Below, one piece after another: positions 1 through 12,150 of a stretch of 64,000 nucleotides of DNA. Source of the DNA: Squalus acanthias (taxonomy: Eukaryota); assembly GCA_030390025.1 (NCBI GenBank), contig CM059432.1, positions 142,788,001 to 142,852,000 of the forward strand, read 5' to 3'. The stretch's first letter is position 1, and each line of letters begins with the position of its first letter. The notes below the pieces were generated by a model. The model made no database searches, had not been told where the DNA came from, and saw only the letters and a program-made list of their open reading frames with translations. Made by a program: the position numbers and the translations under genes.

Positions 1-445
1 AACATTTTTAAAGGAAGGAGAGGGGCGGAGAGGTTTAGGGAGGGAATTCCAGAGCTTGGAGCCTAGATGGCTAAAGGTACGGCCGCCAATAGTAGGGCGA
101 AGGCAGTGGGGGGGATGCACAAGAGGCCAGAATTGGATGAAGGTAGAGTTCTCAAAAGGGTTGTCGGGCTGGAGGTGCGAGGCCATGGAGGGATTTGAAC
201 ACGAGGATGAGAATTTTAAAAGCAAGGCATTGTTGGACCAGGAGCCAGTGTAAGTCAGCGCACACAGGGGTGATGGGTGAACGGGACTTGGTGCGAGTTA
301 GGACACGAGCAGCAGAGTTTTGGATGAGCGCAAGTTTGAGAGGTGGAGGATGGGAGGCCAGCCAGGAAAGCATTGGAATAGTCAAATCCAGAGGTAACAA
401 AAGCATGGATGAGGGTTTCAGCAGAAAATGGGTTGAGAAGCAAGA
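1..445 (-). mobile_element. L2-clade LINE, 3' fragment
   Basis: The minus strand translates in pieces to ETLIHAFVTSGFDYSNAFLAGLP, LIQNSAARVLTRTK and LHWLLVQQCLAFKIL, typical of the L2 ORF2 C-terminus. Confidence 0.85.
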
Positions 446-1223
446 AGCCAGTTTCATGACCAGTAATGAACCCATTTCTTACTGTGCCTATTATATATTG
501 TCTTTCTAGAATATCACATTTATTGTGCTTCATATTAGTTTTGCAAATAAAGATATTACTTGGTAAACCTTTGGTCTGTATGGTGATGATAGACATTTTT
601 AAGAGACTTTGATCTTGTGGGGTGAGTTTGTTAAATTGGGTAAATAGTAAGCATTGGGTAATCGTAAAGCTCTGAAGTAAGCATGCTGTAGAATGTAGAA
701 TAGATGCAGCTTCAGGATTGTAGGGCAGCAGATCACTACAGGAGCTGCTGCTAGACCATGCAATGGTAACCATTGGAGTCAATCACCGTTTAAGGTTCTT
801 AGCCTGTGGAAGGGATGCAACACTCTTGCTGTTGATAAAGGGGAGTTCAGCTGAATGCTACTGATCTCAGCATTTTGGTTGTTGTGATGTGATGCAATAA
901 CATCATCTGCATATTTTTGTGATGAAGCATTATTTTGTGATACTTCAAGTAATTGCTGCTTTTTAAAAATGTAATGCAGTTCGTAGCAATTGTGTAAATA
1001 GCAGAGAAGAGCTGACAGTTGCTGTTTAGTTGCTGTCTCCGTCTCGCCATTGTGGAATCAACAGGAATTCTCTGCTGATTTTCACCTCCTGTTCTGCCAA
1101 AATGATTAATTATTAAGGGAGACCGACATCTGTAAATTTTGTGGTCGTTGAATTAAACATTTGAGTTGGAAATAAAAAGACCTATCTGAGGTTTGGCCCT
1201 TGATGTGCAGCTGAAATATAAAT

Positions 1224-1400
1224 CATAGAACAAAACAGCGCAGATGGAGGCCATTCGGTCCATCGTGCCTGTACCGGCTCTTTGAAAGAGCTATCCAATT
1301 AGGTCCCCCCCTCTCCCCTGCTCGTTCCCCATAGCCCTGCTATTCCCCCCCCCCCTTGGACATTTCTCCAATTCCCTTTTGAAAGTTACTATTGAATAGA
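1224..1400 (-). mobile_element. CR1 LINE 3' end fragment
   Basis: atcatagaa tail followed by ggaggccattcggtcc...gaaagagctatccaat...ccccatagccctgc, the same 3' UTR type as 7730-8030 and 41523 onward. Confidence 0.75.
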
Positions 1401-2249
1401 TAGAATAAACAAATGGTCTGGAAGGAGACTAAGCACACTGACCGGTTTCCTATGAAGTACACTTAGTCCATGAGGATGCCAGTCTTGGGGACCTGTGGGT
1501 TGAGCCCTGTTTATGCACTCTCGCAGCTCATTTTTGCTTTTAAGATTGTAAAAGTGAATTGTTGTCGTTCGGACTTCACAGAAGAACACCTAATATTGAA
1601 AGTGAAGTGTTGTTTGACTTATTTTGAGATGACTGTGAAAATGGCCAAATACAAATGATCGTCCGCATAAAGGTAGATCAATGGATAAATATTCAGCTCG
1701 ATCACTTCCATGTTTGTAGTTTTAAAAAAATTACAAAGTTCGTGCATGCTTCAGCACTTCACTGTCTTCAGCTGAAGAACAGTTGGCCCCCTTAGAAATA
1801 TTTTAAATTCATTCATAAAACTACACACAACTGACTTACAGATAGTTGTTTTGTCGCTTAAATTGCAAAAATGCAAAAAGTAGTGCTTTTAATTTCATTG
1901 TTTTAACAATCTTTTGTGTAAAATGTGAAGGGGTTGAGAGCTTACTGCAGCTGCAGGCACAATTTACTCTGCACGGAAAAACGGTCAGCTTGCATACTGT
2001 CCATTCTATCAAAGATGGTTCAAATCTCTGAAAAATAGAATTGGGTAATGACCAGTAGCTTTGAACAAACTGAAGTGTCGTCATTCCTTTTGCTGAAGGA
2101 ATATGACTGCTGTCGTCCATATAGAGACGAGTCACTTTCCTTTCCACCCAACTTTGTTTCAGCCTGGTCTAATCATCAATTGCAGAGTAATGTGTGATCC
2201 TCCCAAGTTGAGCAATGTTTGTCTTTTCTGCATTTAGTGGAATACTTCA

Positions 2250-2566
2250 CAACACGGTAGCATAGTGGTTAGCACTGTTGCCCCACAGCGCCAGGGACCC
2301 GGGTTCGAATCCGGCCTCGGGTGACTGTCTGTGTGGAGTTTGCACATTCTCCCCGTGTCTGCGTGGGTTTCCTCCGGGTGCTCCGGTTTCCTCCCACAGT
2401 CCAAAGATGTGCGGGTTAGGTTGATTTGGCTATGATAAAATTGACCCTTAGTGTTAGGGGGGATTAAATACGTGGGGTTACGGGGATAGGGTGGGATATG
2501 TGTCGGTGCAGGCTCGATGGGCCGAAATGGCCTCTATCTGCACTGTGGGGATTCTGTGATTCTGTG
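2250..2566 (+). mobile_element. tRNA-derived SINE (HE1/V-SINE type) with CR1-like 3' tail
   Basis: A/B-box head (tagcatagtgg; ggttcgaatcc), V-domain core (gtgtggagtttgcacattctccccgtgtctgcgtgggtttcctccgggtgctccggtttcctcccac) and (attctgtg)n tail. Imperfect TSD aatacttca/aacacttca. Confidence 0.88.
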
Positions 2567-2759
2567 AACACTTCAATTTCAATATTAGACCCTAAAGGTC
2601 AATCTTTAGATGAGTGTGTCCTTTTTATAAAAAGAAAGTTGTGACAATTGTATTGTTTTCATGTTCAGATTTAAATCTGAGGAAAAAATGAGACTTGAAG
2701 TGCGTTCTGTTCGACTGTGAACAGCAGGTTCTTGCATTTATATCATCCCTTTAAGGTAG

Positions 2760-2940
2760 AAAAACATCACAAGGCTCATCAGAGGAGTAAGGAATAAAAT
2801 GGACGACGAGCGAAAGAAGGGGAGCATTAGTAGGAGTGAGCAAAAGCTGGCACCGAGAGGTTGGGTTAAAGAGGGTCTTAAATCGAGAGTGGGAGATGGA
2901 AAGGTGGAGGGGTTTAGGGAGGAATTCCAGAAGCCTGGAG
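2760..2940 (-). mobile_element. L2 3' end fragment
   Basis: Contains the gtttagggagg(g)aattccaga motif shared with the L2 fragments at 1-445, 45190-45470 and 61702-61975. Confidence 0.6.
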
Positions 2941-3824
2941 ATCACAGGTACTGTTTTATTGAGATTAAAAAGGCCCAGCAGTTTGAGAAATGTGGGGTTC
3001 TCCTTACAAGCCTGCAGCATTGAGATGGGATTATGTAACTCCATGATTGTCCTTGACATGTCAGTGTGCTGTCATTGCATTTCAATGCCAAAAAGTCTGT
3101 GCTGTTACGCTGGCTGTATCATCACCTGATTTGACTTCTGTGTCTCATCTAAGGAATGTTTTCGAGGTTTGATATTGAGACCCTAGAGAATGATTTGAGG
3201 GTAAAGTAATACCTGAGATTAGGCATTAAAAGCAGAGCGAAATTAGCTTCATAGGCAATTAGTGTCAGTACACTGTCCACAGCTGACCTATAATGTAGGT
3301 GCTAATATGATAGCTGATATATTTGTAATAGAATACTGTACTACTTGTAGGATATTATGTCATGTCTTTGGCTGAAGACTTGGGTCAAGCTTGTACCTAA
3401 ACTTTTCATTTGGATGCTGTTGAGATGTTAGAAACCGTTTTCTCATTGCAGTATTGTACAAGAAATAGATGCAGTAAGTGCGTCACTTAGATTACAATAT
3501 TGATGTTCTCTCTGTGTACAAAGTATGTGGTTTAGATAATGTATCTGAGCTAACATCACTTGAGTGCAGGTTCAATGCTGCGACTGCTAGATGTCAAGAA
3601 ATTCATTATTGTAAAAAATATATAAATGAGGTCAGTTATTTAAGCTCTTTCAGTCTTTATTTGCCATTGAATGGACATAGTTCTAAACATGTTGGCCCAA
3701 AGAGTGGCTGTTCCTGTTGGGTCCTACTTAATCCAGCCATTTTGTCAAAAGGTTCCACTTAATACACAAATACGCAGCATTCCATGTCTCCAGTTAGTAA
3801 GGAAGGCAGCGGGGTGTCTGGTAG

Positions 3825-4240
3825 TTAAATAACTTGCGTTTATATAGCGCCCTTCACATCCTGGGGATGCTCGAAAGTACTTCATGACAAGGGATTCCTT
3901 TTGCAGTGTAACTGCTGTTCTGTAGACAAACATGGCAGACAGTTGGGTCGCACAAACAGCAGACGAGATCGTTGTGTTTTTTTTTTAAGGGATGAATGCT
4001 GGCTGGGACACTGGGAGAACTCGCCTGCTCTTGTTCATAATGCAGCACAGGATCTTTTACGTCCACCTGCGAAGGCAAAGAGGGTGTCAGTGCAGCATCT
4101 GATCCGAAAGGTGGCACCTCCGACAAACGGTGCTGTGCCAGTACTACACTGAAGTGTCAACCTAGGTTATGTGCTCGAGCACCGGAGTGGGGCTCAAACC
4201 CACAACCTCTGACTCGGACAAAATTGCAACCACTGAGCCA
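3825..4240 (-). mobile_element. DeuSINE (SacSINE1-like), degraded
   Basis: Reverse-complement similarity to 8574-9045, including the tatatagcgcc tail, gatcttttacgtccacctg and cactgagcca. Confidence 0.75.
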
Positions 4241-4682
4241 AACTGACCATCTGTTTTCTCATGTGAACTTTACCCTCCAATGTCAAGAACCTGTAGGCTT
4301 GATCTACACATGGAGAAACAATGCCAAAAATTAAGTAACAGCTATAATTTAAGTTTTCATGAAGGCTAACTTGGCTGGCTGACAATTAAAGATATGTTTT
4401 CTCTTACTTTCAATAAATGGTCTTGCAGGGCTAGGGCAATGTCTTTCCATAACATTTGACTCCCACTCCTCCGACGTCCTCTGAGTCCGATGCAAATCAT
4501 CTCAATTCAACTCGTAGAGGGCATAGGCCTACAGCTGAAAATTGCCACTGGTTTGGTATTCTCAGGTGTGATGCTGGCTGTGGGATTTAGAACATTCATA
4601 TTGTGTAGTGGTATAGTTGCTCTTAAATTCTGGTTAAGGTGTTCAGCCTCAAAAATGGTTCAGGAGAAATTTTTTAAACTGT

Positions 4683-6236
4683 TAGAATCATAGAAAAATA
4701 GGAGCAGGAGTCGGCCATTCGGCTCTTCGAGCCTGCTCCGCCATTCAATATGATCATGGCTGATCCTCTATCTCAATACCATATTCCCGCTCTCTCCCCA
4801 TACCCCTTGATGCCTTTTGTGTCTAGAAATCTATCTATCTCCTTCTTAAATATATTCAGTGACTTGGCCTCCACAGCCTTCTGTGGTAGAGAATTCCACA
4901 GGTTCACCAACCTCTGAGTGAAGAAATTTCTCCTCATCTCAGTCCTAAATGTCCTACCCCATATCCTGAGACTGTGACCCCTCGTTCTAGACCCCCCAGC
5001 CAGGGGAAACATCCTCCCTGCATCCAGTCTGTCTAGCCCTGTCAGAATTTTATACGTTTCAATGAGATTCCCTCTCATTCTTCTAAACTCTAGTGAATAC
5101 AGGCCTAGTCGACCTAACCTCTCCTAACACGACAGTCCTGCATCCCAGGAATCAGTGTGGTGAACCTTCGCTGCACTCCCTCTATGGCAAGTACATTCTT
5201 TCTTGGGTAAGGAGACCAAAACTGCATACAGTACTCCAGGTGTGGTCTCACCAAGGCCCTGTATAACTGTAGTAAGACATCCTTGCTCCTGTACTCAAAT
5301 CCTCTTGCAATGAAGGCCAACATACCATTTGCCTTCCTGACTGCTTGCTGCACCTGCATGTTTGCTTTCAGTGACTGATGTACAAGGACACCCAGGTCCC
5401 TCTGTACATCAACATTTCCCAATCTATCACCATTTAAATAATACTCTGCCCTTCTGTTTTTCCTACCGAAGTGGATAACTTCACATTTATCCACATTATA
5501 CTGCATCTGCCATGTATTTGCCCACTCACTCAACTTGTCTAAATCGCCTTGAAGCCTCTTTGCATCCTCCTCACAACTCACAATCCCACCTAGTTTCGTG
5601 TCGTCAGCAAACTTGGAAATATTACATTTGGTTCCCTCATCCAAACCATTGATATATATTGTGAATAGCTGGGGCCCAAGCACTGATCCCTGCGGTACCC
5701 CACTAGTCACCGCCTGCCACCCCAAAAAAGACCCATTTATTCCTACTCTCTGTTTCCTGTCTGTTAACCAATTTTCAATCCATGCCAGTATATTACCCCC
5801 AATCCCATGTGCTTTAATTTTGTACACTAACCTCTTATGTGGGACTTTATCAAAGGCCTTCTGAAAATCTAAATACACCACATCCACTGGTTCTCCTTTA
5901 TCTATTCTACCAGTTACATCCTCAAAAATCTCCAGTAGTTTTGTCAAACACGATTTCCCTTTCATAAATCCATGTTGACGTCTAATCCCGTTGATATTTT
6001 CTAAGTGTCCTGTTATCACATCCTTTATAATAGACTCTAGCATTTTCCCTACTGCTGAGGTTAGGCTAACCGGTCTGTAGTTCCCTGTTTTCTCTCTCCC
6101 TCCTTTTTTAAATAGTGCGGTTACATTTGCCACCTTCCAATCTGCAGGAACTATTCCATAATCTATAGAATTTTGGAAGATGACAACCAATGCATCCACT
6201 ATTTCCATGGCTACCTCTTTTAGTACTCTGGATGCA
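4683..6236 (-). mobile_element. 5'-truncated CR1 LINE (ORF2 RT, one frameshift near 5140)
   Basis: ORFs 5114-6208 and 4773-5078 contain NYRPVSLTS, YLDFQKAFDKVPH, GVPQGSVLGP, KFADDTKL, RPHLEYC and RNFFTQR. The tagaatcatagaa tail is at 4683. Confidence 0.96.
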
Positions 6237-6335
6237 TATTATATTAGAATATTATATATATTTATATTATCTATAATTACTTATATTGTATATATTTATA
6301 ATTACTTATATTGTATATTCTAAGTTATATAGACT

Positions 6336-6945
6336 GGGCTGAGATTTGTGGTCGGAGACAAACCTCCGCAGTACGCCTCCGACCCGGTTTAAAAAAAAAA
6401 TAGGCAAGTACCTGGTGGCTCCTGAGCTTCGGAGTCTCCGGGCCCTGGGCCTCCAAGTGTACGCCTGCGTGAAGGCCCACCGATCCCAGGGACGCAGGCG
6501 CTTCGGAAGCGTCCCTGGGATCACATGTGCCAGACCAAGCAATTAGAATGGGGGATTCCTCATAAGCTTATGGGGATTCCATTTACGAACTGAATCCCCA
6601 TAAGCTTATGGGAAATCTCCAAATAAATAATTAACACAATTCTAATAAAAAATAAATCTTCCCTTGTTCAAAATTAATTAAAAGTCCCATTGATTAAGCA
6701 TTTAAAATAAAAATTTTATGTTTTGAAAAATAATGAGCATTTTAATACGGACCAAAATTTAGATGAACTAATATTAAATGTTTTTTGTATGTTTTAATCA
6801 TTTTTTAAATTGTAATTTAACATTTATTTGACAATGTTGTGGAAACCTGGAACTTGCGGGGCCTTTCTGAGGTCTTACGACGGCATACGCTGTAATGTCC
6901 AGTCGAAGCCCTGGCTTTTGAGACGGGCTGAGTTCTTCCCAAGGT
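6336..6945. mobile_element. Non-autonomous DNA element, related to 12151-13142 (PIF/Harbinger-like MITE), right end not evident
   Basis: Starts gggctgagatttgtggtcgga and is colinear with 12151-12430 (cctccgacc, gcctgcgt, cctgggatcac, internal hairpin). Confidence 0.65.
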
Positions 6946-7729
6946 ATAAAAAAATCAATGAAAGCATTAAAGGACACACAAATGGATAAATGCAATCATG
7001 TTGGGAAATGTGTAGTTTTCTTGAATTTTTAAGGTTTTGTTTAAATCATTTTTATTATAAATTATAAACTAGAGGTTTTAAAAAAAAAAAAAAATGGCAG
7101 CTGATAAAATTCAGACTAAGGTCAACATATCTGCTGTGGAGTGTGCTGCTGCACTTTGGCTGTCACATTAATGGGGAAAATCCTGACAAAGACATGTCAC
7201 CAGGTGTTGACACAATATGGAGAAACCCATTGACAATGTTGGTATGGGGCTTGTGAATGGGGAAAAATGGCAGGCAAATCATTTTAAATATGTTGATGAT
7301 TGATGAATAACAAAACAATAAACAACTATGGGCAAAGCGACTCAAATAACCAGTGAGGAAGAAGAAAATTGACTCCAAGTTCGTGACAAAAACAAAACAA
7401 AAAATTATTATGCAAATTCTGTCATCTTTCCTGTACAAACTGAGAGATGCCCATAATGTACACTGATGGCTTTTCTTGGGATTGTAGGGGAAAAGTAGCA
7501 TCGTATTAGTTAGCTTAACCAGATCTAAGATAGTGCACATTCTACAGGAGTGATGCAAATTATCACCATAAAACGCAACTGAATCTGTAATTACAGTAGC
7601 ACATACACTACTGAGTATATACTGTGTTACTGGAACTCCAGAAAGGAAGCATTGCTTTATTCAAAAAGCAAAATCCTGCAGATGCTGGAAATTTGAAACA
7701 AAAACACAAATGCTGGAAACCCTGGAAAA

Positions 7730-8030
7730 GGGGTAGAAAGTGTTTCCACTAGCGGGAGGTTTGGTAACCAGATTTAAAATAATCAGTAAAAGAACTGGAG
7801 GCGAGATGAGAATTTTTTCTACCCAGCGAGTTGTTATGATCTGGAATGCGCAGCCTGAAAGGGCGGTGGAAGCAGATTCAATAATAACTTTCCAAAGGGA
7901 ATTGGGGATATTTACTTAAAAGAAGAGTTTGCAGGGCTATGGGGAAAGAGCAGGGGAGTGGGACAAATTGGATAGCTCTACCAAAGAGCTGGCACAGGCA
8001 CGATGGGCCGAATGGCCTATCATTCCCTGA
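7730..8030 (+). mobile_element. CR1 3' fragment inserted in a Penelope-derived repeat (7662-8150)
   Basis: gagatgagaattttttctacccagcgagttgtt...tggaat...atgggccgaatggcct. The flanks carry the two halves of the aaaagcaaaat..gatgctggaa repeat. Confidence 0.75.
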
Positions 8031-8573
8031 TTCACTCAGCAGGGCAGGCAGAGAGCGCGACAGCGAGCAGAGGGGTTGATGTTTCAGGTCAAAACCATGT
8101 TGGCGAAGGGTCCACACTCAACATCAACTTGGCAATATTTTGTTCTTGTTTTTACAACTATATTTATTTATGGGGCAACATGATTTTCACAAAATCGAAA
8201 GCTGTTGTGGAACAAAAGAATACTTTAGTAACTATGCTTGTTGCTGAGTCCATTTTAGTAACAAAGTACTACAACAACATGAACTTGGGTTTATCCTGTA
8301 CTCCTGATGTAGAGAGAGACGTTGTCTTGCGTTACCTCACTGCTGTATCATAAACTCCATTTCAAAGCAGCCAGTATATTATGTAAGACTGCAGCGGCTA
8401 AAAATGAAAAATAGCGAGAGTTGGGATTGTTGGAGGGACAGTGAAAAGGTTGGATGTAAATATTCAGGTGCGACCTATCTAAAACTTGATGATCTTGGTT
8501 GGAGAGGAGTTCTGTCATTTAAGGAGAGGAAAAGAGCAGTCTGTTTGGGGTTGGTAGGGATTGTTTTTGTAAG

Positions 8574-9045
8574 GTGTCAGCTGTGGCTCAGTGGGTAGCA
8601 CACTCGCCTCTGAGTCAGAAGGTTGTGGGTTCGAGTCCCGCTCCAGGGGATTTGAGCACATAAAGCTAGGCTGACACTCCCAGTGCAGTGCTGAGGGAGT
8701 GCTGCACTGTCGGAGGTGCCGTCTATCGGATGAGATGTTAAACCGAGGCCCCGTCTGCTCTCTCAGGTGGACGTAAAAGATCCCATGGCACTATTTTGAA
8801 GAAGAGCAGGGGAGTTATACCCGGTGTCCTGGGGCCAATATTTATCCCGCAATCAACATAACAAAAGCAGATCATCTGGCCATTACCACGTCGTTGTTTG
8901 TGGGAGCTTGCTGTGCGCAGATTGGCTGCCGCGTTTTCCACATTACAACAGTGACTACACTTCAAAAAAGTACTTCATTGGCTGTAAAGCGCTTTGAGAC
9001 ATCCGGTAGTCGTGAAAGGCGCTATAGAAATGCAAGTCTTTCTTT
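8574..9045 (+). mobile_element. Full-length DeuSINE (SacSINE1/AmnSINE1-related)
   Basis: tRNA-like head (tggctcagtggg; ggttcgagtccc), Deu-domain (gggagtgctgcactgtcggaggtgccgtct...gtaaaagatcccatggcact) and 3' end gaaaggcgctatagaaatgcaagtctttcttt. Confidence 0.9.
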
Positions 9046-9414
9046 AAAGTACTACTACTGGCATGTTGCCAAACGATTGGCATTGATCACAAACATATGT
9101 AGAGGTTGGAGCATCCCATCTACTTCTCAGTTATTACACATGAAGCAGCCTTGGAACTATAATCTGAACATGGCAGTCACTTGAACCCTTTAGGGCACCA
9201 TTAATTCTGTTTCATAATGTGAACTTGCAGGCGAACAATTTTGGGTATCACTGTTGAAGCAGGGCATCATGGGCTATGTGTAAAATAGGGGATCTTTAAA
9301 TATGTGAGTGTTGCTCTGCAACTTGTTCATTAAAAGGAACTTCCGTAGGTGCTGCTGCGTTTGATCAAATGGTACCTCATGGCTCAAGCCTGAGTTTTAC
9401 GCCACCAATAGAAG

Positions 9415-10537
9415 TTGGAAATTAGACTGACTGACATGGGCAGATACAGGCTCCAGCAGTGATACATTGGAATTACTCGCACTGACATGGGCAGATACAG
9501 GCTCCAGCAGTGATACATTGGAATTACTCTCACTGACATGGGCAGATAGGCTCCAGCAGTGATTCATTGGAATTACTCTCACTGACATGGGCAGATACAG
9601 GCTCCAGCAGTGATACATTGGAATTACTCGCACTGACATGGGGCAGATACAGGCTCCAGCAGTGATACATTGGAATTACTCTCACTGACATGGGCAGATA
9701 CAGGCTCCAGCAGTGATACATTGGAATTACTCTCTCTGACATGGGCAGATACAGGCTCCAGCAGTGATACATTGGAATTACTGTCTCTGACATGGGCAGA
9801 TACAGGCTCCAGCAGTGACACATTGGAATTACTCTCACTGACATGGGCAGATACAGGCTCCAGCAGTGATAGGCTGGAATTACACACACTGACATGGGCA
9901 GATACAGGCTCCAGCAGTGATACATTGGAATTACTCTCACTGACATGGGCAGATACAGGCTCCAGCAGTGATACATTGGAATTACACTCACTGACATGGG
10001 CAGATACAGGCTCCAGCAGTGATAGGCTGGAATTACACTCACTGACATGGGCAGATACAGGCTCCAGCAGTGATACATTGGAATTACACTCACTGACATG
10101 GGCAGATACAGGCTCCAGCAGTGATACATTGGAATTACTCTCACTGACATGGGCAGATACAGGCTCCAGCAGTGATACATTGGAATTACTCTCACTGACA
10201 TGGGCAGATACAGGCTCCAGCAGTGATACATTGGAATTACACACACTGACATGGGCAGATACAGGCTCCAGCAGTGATACATTGGAATTACTCTCACTGA
10301 CATGGGCAGATACAGGCTCCAGCAGTCATAGATTGGAATTACTCTCACTGACATGGGCAGATACAGGCTCCAGCAGTGATAGATTGGAATTACACACACT
10401 GACATGGGCAGATACAGGCTCCAGCAGTGATACATTGGAATTACTCTCACTGACATGGGCAGATACAGGCTCCAGCAGTGATACATTGGAATTACTCTCA
10501 CTGACATGGGCAGATACAGGCTCCAGCAGTCATAGAT
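9415..10537. repeat. 51-bp minisatellite, about 22 copies
   Basis: Unit actgacatgggcagatacaggctccagcagtgatacattggaattactctc. The overlapping ORFs show the matching 17-aa periodicity. Confidence 0.97.
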
Positions 10538-11326
10538 TTTAGTCACTTGTTACGGAGGTAACTTAAATTGCTTACTCCCATACGCTTTAAATATTCTACA
10601 ATTATGAATATATTTATCACTGCTGAAAATGACCTTGTCACAAATCTCTGGTAATAGGCACACACTCTGCTTTGGTTTCTTCCCAAACTGCTGATTTTAA
10701 GATACTCAGTGTTATTGAGTCAGAGAGAGAAATTTCGACTAATTGCTGAAATATTATTCTTGGATTACTGACTGAGAGCTCCGAGTTGCAGGAGGAAATT
10801 AGAGCCATTTTGTGCAGCTGAGTAAGTTATGGAAATTAGCATGCTAATGCCATTTTGAAATAAATTTATTCTATGATCTGTATCCATAACTGACGGTCCC
10901 TAGTGCATTTTTACGTTTTGCCCTTATTAGACTGTTGCTGCTACCATTTAACACCTCCTTCCTCACTCAGTTCAGGAGGAGAGGCTGAAGTGAGCCCCTC
11001 TCCGTGCGGCTGTGTATTTGATGTGAGAGGCACTCTTCATGTGGGGTAGGAGTGGTTCCACCAGTCTCCTTTCTATGGACTTGGAGCAGTTCACAATGTT
11101 TCATTTAGTAACCCAAGAATTGGTGACATTTTTACCAAGCAGGTTTAACTACCATCAAGAATGGAACCTGGGTTAGAGGCCCTCTGAATTGCAGTTGCTG
11201 GTCTGTTTACCTGTTTTGTTTAAAAAAAAAATGTCTTTCTAGCCATGTATTTACATTGTTGATGCACTTTAAGCACAGAGTTTTGCGAGCAGACTTGACT
11301 TCTCTCTTTCTCCCTTCCTTCTCTAG

Positions 11327-11453
11327 ATATCTAAATGCCATTCAGACGATGTGTCCACACATCCTTCGTTACCTGACCACAGCAGTAATCACCAACAAAG
11401 ATGTGCGAAAACGTAGACAGGTCCTGAAGGATTTAGTGAAGGTCATCCAGCAA
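11327..11453 (+). CDS. EIF3E: eIF3 subunit E internal coding exon (approx. exon 8)
   Basis: Polypyrimidine tract plus ctctAG acceptor. The 127-nt exon reads (a)[42 protein letters not shown], recognised as eIF3e. Donor is CAA|gtgagt. Exon number is inferred from the vertebrate gene structure. Confidence 0.97.
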
Positions 11454-11495
11454 GTGAGTATTGGTTCATTCATTCCTCACACAGAATCTTCTCTA

Positions 11496-11910
11496 ATAGA
11501 AAATAAGAATTAGGAGCAGGAGTAGGCCATTTGGCCCTTCGAGCCTGCTCTGCCATTCAGTAAGGTCATGGCTGATCTTCGACCGCAACTCCACTTTCCT
11601 ACCTGATCCCCATATCCCCTGATTCCCTTAGAGACCAAAAATCTATTGATCTCCGCCTTGAATATGTTCAACAACTGAGCATCCACAGCCCTTGGGGTAG
11701 AGAATTCCAAAGAGTCACAGCCCTCAGTAAAAAGAAATTCTCATCTCCGTCCTAAATGGCCGACCCGTTATCCTGAGACCATATCCCATAGTTCTAGACT
11801 TTCCAGCCAGGGGAAACAGCCTCTCGGCAGCTACCCTGTCAAGCCCACTCAGAATCTTACTCTTCAATGTGATCACCTCGCATTCTTCTAAACTCCAGAG
11901 AGTATAGGCT
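11496..11910 (-). mobile_element. CR1 3' fragment about 45 bp downstream of an EIF3E exon
   Basis: aggagcaggagtaggccatttggcccttcgagcctgctc 3' UTR, plus ORF2 C-terminal peptide LNIFKAEINRFLVSKGIRGYG. Confidence 0.9.
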
Positions 11911-12150
11911 CTCTTTCCCAGTACCTCAAAACAGGGAACTCCTTAGTTTTCCCCCATCCTCCTTCCCTTCCTGTGATCTTCACGCTTTTAAAACTCAAAC
12001 TTAGCACCACCTGATGAATGCTTTGCGATTTGCTTCATCTAATTTATTCCGTTCAACCTTGGTGCCTTCCTGTACAACAATTCCTCAATTGAGTTTCTGA
12101 TTTTAAAAAAAATATTCAGGATGTAGTTATTTGAAATCCTGGGCTATAAT

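Noticed and set aside
6236..6332. AT-only stretch
   Set aside because: It is low-complexity TA-rich sequence at a CR1 5' junction, with no further structure.
8574..8650. tRNA genes (also at 2250-2320, 41216-41290 and 61590-61660)
   Set aside because: These are tRNA-derived SINE heads that continue into SINE bodies, with no complete cloverleaf.
9530..10546. Long ORFs of 206-338 aa on both strands
   Set aside because: They are artefacts of a stop-free 51-bp tandem unit, with no splice or protein-family evidence.
11256..11513. 85-aa ORF as a standalone gene
   Set aside because: It is the EIF3E exon plus in-frame intronic flanks. Strong splice sites bound the conserved part.
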